Shown here: positions 24,585 to 29,779 of the stretch, piece after piece | Layout of the letters: every line of letters starts with the position of its first letter | Position numbering within the stretch: position 1 is the first letter of the stretch | IMG/VR virus record: IMGVR_UViG_3300032321_000815 | Span: 1-29,779 of that record | Length of the DNA: 29,779 bases | Reading direction: 5' to 3' (one strand) | DNA from: a virus | Lineage: Duplodnaviria; Caudoviricetes | Made by a program: the position numbers and the translations under genes | The notes under the pieces: generated by a model | Seen by the model: the letters and a program-made list of their open reading frames with translations, nothing else | Database searches by the model: none | Told to the model about the DNA's origin: nothing

Positions 24585-25261
24585 ACGAGCACTCCGACGA
24601 CAGAGACCTCGACGACCGCGACCCACTGGTAGGTGAGCGAGACGGCCGAGCCGGTGGCGGTCGCCGCGGCGGAGAGAACGACGGCGGTCCCGCTCGTGAT
24701 CTCGGTGACGGTTGTCCCGGCCGGGATGCCGGTCCCCGAGACAGCCATACCGACAGCCAGGCTGGCCGTGGAGGAGATCCCGGAGACGGCCGTCGACCCG
24801 TTGGTGGTGTTGCCGGCGGTGACGACAGCGGTCGCGTTGTTCGTGACGCGGAGCGTCTTCGACGTGGTCGTCGTCGGCAGGCCGGCGACAGGGGCGTAAT
24901 GGACCGCGACGCCGCTCGCCCCGACCCGGTAGGCCGTGACCTGTGTCCATCCATTCGACGTACCCTGGTCGATGGTCAGCGTCGCGCCCGTCGACGAGTT
25001 GCTGATCGTGATCTGCTTGATCGCGGAGAATGCCGTGGTGACGGTGGTACCGAGGATCGTCGACTCCAGGGCGCGGAGGTCGAGCGTGGTCGCGGCGGCG
25101 GCCGCCAGCGTCAGCGTTCCGAACCAGAGCCCGTTCGCCTGCCCCGAGGCTGTGCCGTTGATCAGGTCGGTCCGGAGCGTGGCGTCGCGGGAGATCACCA
25201 GGTTGCCGTCGGAGTAGACCGAGCGGATCTGGACGGCGCTATTGTGGGTGAGCGTGGGCAT
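24581..25261 (-). CDS. Thr/Ala-rich beta protein (226 aa), possible virion decoration protein
   Basis: GGGAG RBS; directly after the prohead protease; LAVGMAVSGTGIPAGTTV module. Confidence 0.65.
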   Translation of the reverse strand: MPTLTHNSAVQIRSVYSDGNLVISRDATLRTDLINGTASGQANGLWFGTLTLAAAAATTLDLRALESTILGTTVTTAFSAIKQITISNSSTGATLTIDQGTSNGWTQVTAYRVGASGVAVHYAPVAGLPTTTTSKTLRVTNNATAVVTAGNTTNGSTAVSGISSTASLAVGMAVSGTGIPAGTTVTEITSGTAVVLSAAATATGSAVSLTYQWVAVVEVSVVGVLV

Positions 25262-25273
25262 GTCGTCTCCCTG

Positions 25274-26269
25274 TTAGCCGGCAGTGATTCGCATCCGTGC
25301 CACGGCGGCCGCGGCTGCGGCCCGAGCCCCAGCAAGCGACGAGACCTTCACGGACCGCGACGGCGTTCCGGTGGCCTCGGTGGCCGAGACGATTCCCTCG
25401 GGGTAGTCGTCGACCCACACGTCCACCGCCAGGCCGGCGGCTGCCGCGGCGTCGCGCTTCTGAGTAGCGGCCCCGCACAGGATGAGGTCCGAGACCTCGA
25501 GGTCCGCGAACGCGAGCCGCAGCTCCTCTCGGTTCGCGTCGTCGTTCTCGCGTCGCGAGATACACACGACGCGGTTCCCGGCGTTGGTCGCCATCGACAC
25601 GAACGACCGCCACAGGCCTGGGGCCGCGGTGAACGTCCGGTCGTAGTCGAGCGAGATCAGCAGTCCGCGGCCTTGCTCTCGATGCTTGACGAGCCCACGG
25701 GCTGCCTTCCAGGCAGTGAGAGAGCGAAGGCCGACGGAGCTGTTCGGGTAGGCTGCGTGGGTGACCGGCGACACGTCAAAGATCGCCGCCTCGGAGATCG
25801 TCCGCGTGACGTTCCCGGCGGGATCCTCGTCCCACGACTCGCCCCGGGCGTCGGTCAGCGAGAACGCGAAGGACGACCCGAGGATGTAGCGATCGCGGAC
25901 CAGCGGCAGGACCTCGGCCGTTGTCGGCGTGCCGACGGGCGGAACGGCCCGGTACATGAGGCCCTTCGGAGTCTCTTCGAGCGTCAGGGTCCCGTTCGTC
26001 GTCCGGCCGAGGACCGAGGAATCCTGGTGGTTGTACTTCGCGACCACGTCGGCCTGACCGCGTGGGTCGTTCGGCGAGCGGTCCAGGTACTTCCGGAACG
26101 CCCCCGGCATGAATCGCTCTTTGAACCCGCCGAGGTCCACCGACCACTTGTTCCATGGTGGAGCCATGCCGACGATCACCGGGCGGCCGTCGTCGCGAGT
26201 CTCCAGCCTGAGCTCGACATCGGGGTCGTCGGCCTGGGAGAGGTAGCGGGTCTCGATCTGGTGCGACAT
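25274..26269 (-). CDS. HK97-family prohead protease fused to a C-terminal HAD-like domain (331 aa)
   Basis: ATG at 26269; DLGGFKERF.PGAF, YNH, LGRT, SSFAF and DVSPVTHAAY motifs, then LDYDRT...ISRR...QK...WVDD. Confidence 0.88.
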   Translation of the reverse strand: MSHQIETRYLSQADDPDVELRLETRDDGRPVIVGMAPPWNKWSVDLGGFKERFMPGAFRKYLDRSPNDPRGQADVVAKYNHQDSSVLGRTTNGTLTLEETPKGLMYRAVPPVGTPTTAEVLPLVRDRYILGSSFAFSLTDARGESWDEDPAGNVTRTISEAAIFDVSPVTHAAYPNSSVGLRSLTAWKAARGLVKHREQGRGLLISLDYDRTFTAAPGLWRSFVSMATNAGNRVVCISRRENDDANREELRLAFADLEVSDLILCGAATQKRDAAAAAGLAVDVWVDDYPEGIVSATEATGTPSRSVKVSSLAGARAAAAAAVARMRITAG

Positions 26270-26271
26270 CG

Positions 26272-27633
26272 TCAGGTCCCCATCGTGGCGTCGGGCGTCG
26301 TCTGCGGATCGGTTGGAGTCGTGTCGGCCGTCGGCGGCGTGGTCGTGTCGGCAGTCGGTGGCATCCTGCCTGCGGCCCCGGCCTGGGCGGCCGCGGCGTC
26401 GAGCGTGGAGAACCCGAGCTGGACGTAGGTCTGGTTCGCGGCCTCGGTGTCGAGCAGCTCGAAATCTTCGCGGTCGCGGATCTCGTTCGGCGTGATCGCG
26501 CCCATGTTCCAGAGCGACTGATAGAGGGCGGCCCGGCCCGCGGTGTCGGCCCGCAGGATCCCGCGGGTGTCGAGCTTCGCGTAGGTGTTCTCGCCATAGA
26601 CCGGCTGGAGCGCCATGTCGATCGGCGATTCCATCCGGCGAGCCCACGGCAGCAGGCACCAGACCTGGGCGGATAGGTGCTCCTGCTCGACCGTCGAATA
26701 TTTGTTCATCTTCGCATCACCGAGAAGCGTCGAAGGGACGCCCCAGTGTCGGCATACGTCAGGAAGGATCGCGTCCCGCAGCTCCTGGAACTGCGACGCC
26801 TCCATCGAGTTACTCTCGATCGGCTTCAGTCGCGTCTTCTTGGGCAGCACGGCAGCCCGGCCGCGGTTCGCGGCTCCGCCGTAGGCTTCCTGGAGAGCGT
26901 CGCGGATCGCGTCGACAGCCGCGTCGGGGATCTTCTCGTCCGTCTCGAGGACCATGTCGGGCCTCGCGCTGTTCGACCAGAACGCGGTAGCCGCGGTGTC
27001 GAGCTGGCGGGCCAGGTTGATACTCGTCGCGTTCATCTCGGCCGGAGCGTGACCGACGATCCCGTTGTCGGAGATCCACCGCCAGTGGAAGACCTGCTCC
27101 TGGGCGAGCGGCTCCCAGATTCCCTTGTCGTTCCAGAACTTGTAGGCGAGCGAGTAGTCGGCGTTCTGTTCGACCACAACTCGCGACGGATGGAGTGGAA
27201 TGAGTTGAGTCATCCAGCCGCGGTCGCCCGGCATGATCCTCGCGTAGCCGTTGCCGTGAAGCGCGGTCCAGTACGCTTGGAGCGTGTAGAAATCCCACGC
27301 CGACTGCCAGCGGTTCGGCCGCTTGCGGAGCGTGTAGGCACAGGGCAGATCGGCCTTCTGCCGGCGACCGTCTGGCCGCTCCTGCATGATCTGCATGGGG
27401 CAGATACCGACGGCCTGGGCGATCCAGCGGACGACGCCGAAGATCGCCGACACGCGGACGGCGGTCTCGGGGCCCACAGCCGACGGCAGGATCGAGCCCC
27501 AGCTTCCGGGCGACGAGAGCGACGTACCGCGGACCTGTATCACGCGCGGGGCCGCGGCGGCCTTGGCCGGAGTCCGGCGGCGGCTGCCGCGGCCTCCAGT
27601 GGTAGACGGGCGGCGATTCTTGGGGCTGGGCAT
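26272..27633 (-). CDS. Portal protein, HK97 family
   Basis: KRPN.WQSA, LHGNGY, LIPLHPSRV, WGVP..LLGD and ITPNEIRDRE motifs. Confidence 0.93.
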   Translation of the reverse strand: MPSPKNRRPSTTGGRGSRRRTPAKAAAAPRVIQVRGTSLSSPGSWGSILPSAVGPETAVRVSAIFGVVRWIAQAVGICPMQIMQERPDGRRQKADLPCAYTLRKRPNRWQSAWDFYTLQAYWTALHGNGYARIMPGDRGWMTQLIPLHPSRVVVEQNADYSLAYKFWNDKGIWEPLAQEQVFHWRWISDNGIVGHAPAEMNATSINLARQLDTAATAFWSNSARPDMVLETDEKIPDAAVDAIRDALQEAYGGAANRGRAAVLPKKTRLKPIESNSMEASQFQELRDAILPDVCRHWGVPSTLLGDAKMNKYSTVEQEHLSAQVWCLLPWARRMESPIDMALQPVYGENTYAKLDTRGILRADTAGRAALYQSLWNMGAITPNEIRDREDFELLDTEAANQTYVQLGFSTLDAAAAQAGAAGRMPPTADTTTPPTADTTPTDPQTTPDATMGT

Positions 27634-27640
27634 GGTAGCC

Positions 27641-27671
27641 AGTTTCCCCCGCGATCCCCCGGCAGAATCTC
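27641..27671 (-). promoter_or_regulatory. Putative late promoter (GAGATT-N19-GAAACT), probably leaderless
   Basis: Motif ends 7 nt before the portal ATG, which has no obvious RBS. Confidence 0.4.
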
Positions 27672-27673
27672 GA

Positions 27674-29317
27674 TCAGATGATCCGGATCTTCCAGTCGTC
27701 GATGTTCACGGCCTCGCCCGTGTCCTCGTCGGTCGAGGCGAGGGCGAGCGCGTTGACCAGGGCCGCGATGCCGTCGATCTTCTCGTTGCTCTTCGCCTTG
27801 TCGGGCTTCACCATTCCAGTCGGGTCCGTGTAGACGCAAACATTGTTTGCGTTCCACGTTGCGACCGGGTTCGCCCCGTGCCGGAGGCGGCCCTCGACGA
27901 CCAGGGCCTCGAGCAGTTTGCACGGCGCGTTGAGGTAGCTCGTCCGCTGCGGGATGTCCTTCGTCGTGATCCCCTCGCGCTGGAGCAGCGTCTCCAGGGC
28001 TCCGGCCTGCCACGGGTCGCAGCCCACGGCCTTGATCTCGTGGGTCTCGCCATACGCGATGATGTCGCGGGCCACGGCCTCGTGATCGAGCCGGTGGCCG
28101 TCGGTCACCGTGACCCAGCCGTCGCGGATCCAAGAGTCGTATGGGATCCCCTCGCGGACGCGATCGGCCACGGTCTCGCGTGGGACCCAGTACTTCCACT
28201 CGACAGAATATGAGCCGTCCGACTCCTTGAACACGAACGCGGCCGCTGTCATGTCGAGGTTGCTCGCCAGGTCGACGCCGACCCAGCATGGGCGGCCGGC
28301 GAGCGGAGCAAGCGGTCCCGCGCTGCACTTCGCCCAGTCGTCGCCCTGGAAGAAACGGGAATCTCCGGCCTGCCAGACGTTCAAGGAATATCTGAGGAAC
28401 TTCGACATCTTCCGCGGGTCGGTTTGCGCGTCCTGGTAGTCGGCCGCGAACTCGTCCTCTGGGAACGCGATACCCATCGACGGATTAGCTTTCCGCCAGA
28501 CCTTCGGGTCGGAGAAGTCGTCGTCCTCGTCGGCCGCGTAGATCAGACCGTAGAAGGTCGGGTTCGCCTTTGGATCTTTCAGGACCAGCTCGCAATCTTG
28601 CCACCAACGCCATCCGATTCCGTTTCGATCGGAGCCGGCCGTCGAGATCGAGATCACGAGGCCGTTCGCCGTGCCACGGGTCGCATAGATCAAGGCGTCA
28701 ACCAGGTCGGGCGAGCGGAAGCTATGGATCTCGTCCAGGATCACCGAGCCGTTCAGGCCTTCGTTCCGCCACGAGTCGGAGGACAGACAGCGGATCTCCT
28801 TCCCGGTCTCGCGGTTCCGGATGATGCTCCGCGAGTCGACGACCTCGAGCCGCTTCGATAGCTGCGGGCTCGCCTCGACCGACTGCCGGACCATGCGATA
28901 CATCGTCCGAGCCTGGAGGCGGTCGTTCGCCGCGAGGAACACGTCCTGGGCCGGGGCGTGACACGTCGCCATGTATTGAGCCAACTGGCTCATAAGGGAA
29001 CTCTTCCTATTTTTCTTGGGGACGAAGATCCCGGCGCGACGGAACCGGAGGCGGCCGTCGTGTCGACGCCAGCCGAAGAGCGGACGAAGGACCTTCTCGG
29101 CCTGCCACTCGATCAGCTCGATACGCTTTGGATCTCCGCCGCGTTCGTCTGGGTGTCGACACAGCCCCTGGACGAAGTCGACCGGAGCCTGGGCCGCGTC
29201 CTCGTCCCACTTGTAGCCTGGCAGATACTCCGGCCGCCTCTTCGGGTCTAGCGGCTTAGCCGCGGACGGAGAGCTTCGCGAGGATCGCGGCTTCGGGGTC
29301 GTCTTCTTCTTCGCCAT
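27674..29317 (-). CDS. terL: Terminase large subunit
   Basis: WQ, PKKNRKS (variant Walker A), ILDEIH, ISTAG, WRKANPS, GVDLAS..D, DPWQA and KIDG motifs. Confidence 0.95.
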   Translation of the reverse strand: MAKKKTTPKPRSSRSSPSAAKPLDPKRRPEYLPGYKWDEDAAQAPVDFVQGLCRHPDERGGDPKRIELIEWQAEKVLRPLFGWRRHDGRLRFRRAGIFVPKKNRKSSLMSQLAQYMATCHAPAQDVFLAANDRLQARTMYRMVRQSVEASPQLSKRLEVVDSRSIIRNRETGKEIRCLSSDSWRNEGLNGSVILDEIHSFRSPDLVDALIYATRGTANGLVISISTAGSDRNGIGWRWWQDCELVLKDPKANPTFYGLIYAADEDDDFSDPKVWRKANPSMGIAFPEDEFAADYQDAQTDPRKMSKFLRYSLNVWQAGDSRFFQGDDWAKCSAGPLAPLAGRPCWVGVDLASNLDMTAAAFVFKESDGSYSVEWKYWVPRETVADRVREGIPYDSWIRDGWVTVTDGHRLDHEAVARDIIAYGETHEIKAVGCDPWQAGALETLLQREGITTKDIPQRTSYLNAPCKLLEALVVEGRLRHGANPVATWNANNVCVYTDPTGMVKPDKAKSNEKIDGIAALVNALALASTDEDTGEAVNIDDWKIRII

Positions 29318-29738
29318 TCTTGGGATCCTGCGGGATACGGGCGGCAGCGGCTGCCGTCAGTCCGAAGTCCCGCGCCAGTGTGACGAAGTCGCGACGCGAG
29401 TCACGGAGCAGTTTCGCGACCGGGCTCGCGGCCTGCCCCTTGTCGGTCGCGGTCACGAAGCCCTCGGCCAGGACCTGGTCCTCGAGGAGGCGGATCTCGG
29501 AGTGGAGCCGGCACAGGATCGCGAACGCGTCGGCCTGCTCGGGGACGAGTCGGCCGTCAGCGATCAGCCTCGGGGCGACGCGGTCCCAGAACGCGGCGGC
29601 CGCCGGCACGAGCTGCACGCTCGCGGGGACGGCGACGCCTCCGACCGGCACGACGGCCGGGGAACTCCGGGTCCTCGTGTTTCGGCCAGCCTGCGAACGC
29701 TGGCTCTTCGGGTCAGGCGTCGGACCTCTACTCCCCAT
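29256..29738 (-). CDS. terS: Terminase small subunit (P27-like)
   Basis: MGSRGPTPDP, FWDRVAP.L and FGLT.AA.ARI motifs; GGAGG RBS; overlaps terL. Confidence 0.88.
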   Translation of the reverse strand: MGSRGPTPDPKSQRSQAGRNTRTRSSPAVVPVGGVAVPASVQLVPAAAAFWDRVAPRLIADGRLVPEQADAFAILCRLHSEIRLLEDQVLAEGFVTATDKGQAASPVAKLLRDSRRDFVTLARDFGLTAAAAARIPQDPKNGEEEDDPEAAILAKLSVRG

Positions 29739-29779
29739 GCGGGCCTCCAGTTTTTTGAAACCCGACAGAAATCCGCGCC

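Noticed and set aside
26285-26362. PPTADTT repeats at the portal C-terminus
   Set aside because: A short low-complexity tail, common in portal proteins.
29739-29779. Late-promoter motif or cos site upstream of terS
   Set aside because: GGATTTCTG...AAAACT does not match the N19 spacing, and the window ends too soon to judge a cos site.

Overview
This window is most of the genome of a high-GC temperate tailed phage with an HK97-type head, and nearly all genes are on the minus strand. Reading from the right end: terS, terL, portal, a prohead protease carrying an extra HAD-phosphatase-like domain, a ~4.4 kb block of membrane proteins plus papain-like and trypsin-like proteases, major capsid, neck genes, three short paralogous tail-tube-like genes, a tail chaperone with a -1 frameshift, a short tape measure, tail-tip genes, and a metallophosphoesterase/HExxH/DUF6378 operon. 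A plus-strand tyrosine integrase follows, next to an intact attP-like site resembling a tmRNA/tRNA-Ala 3' end. The early operon then encodes an AAA recombination ATPase, an SSB-like protein, an HNH-SF2 helicase and a replication initiator with iterons. The most striking signal is at the far left: two structurally complete integron attC-like sites (30-119 and 292-383) delimit small reverse-oriented genes whose start and stop codons lie inside the attC sites, suggesting a phage-borne gene-cassette array that continues off the window. No IntI, CI-type repressor or peptidoglycan hydrolase is recognisable. A Planctomycetota-like host is my impression from the gene families and is not demonstrated. 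All product calls come from motif reading without database searches.
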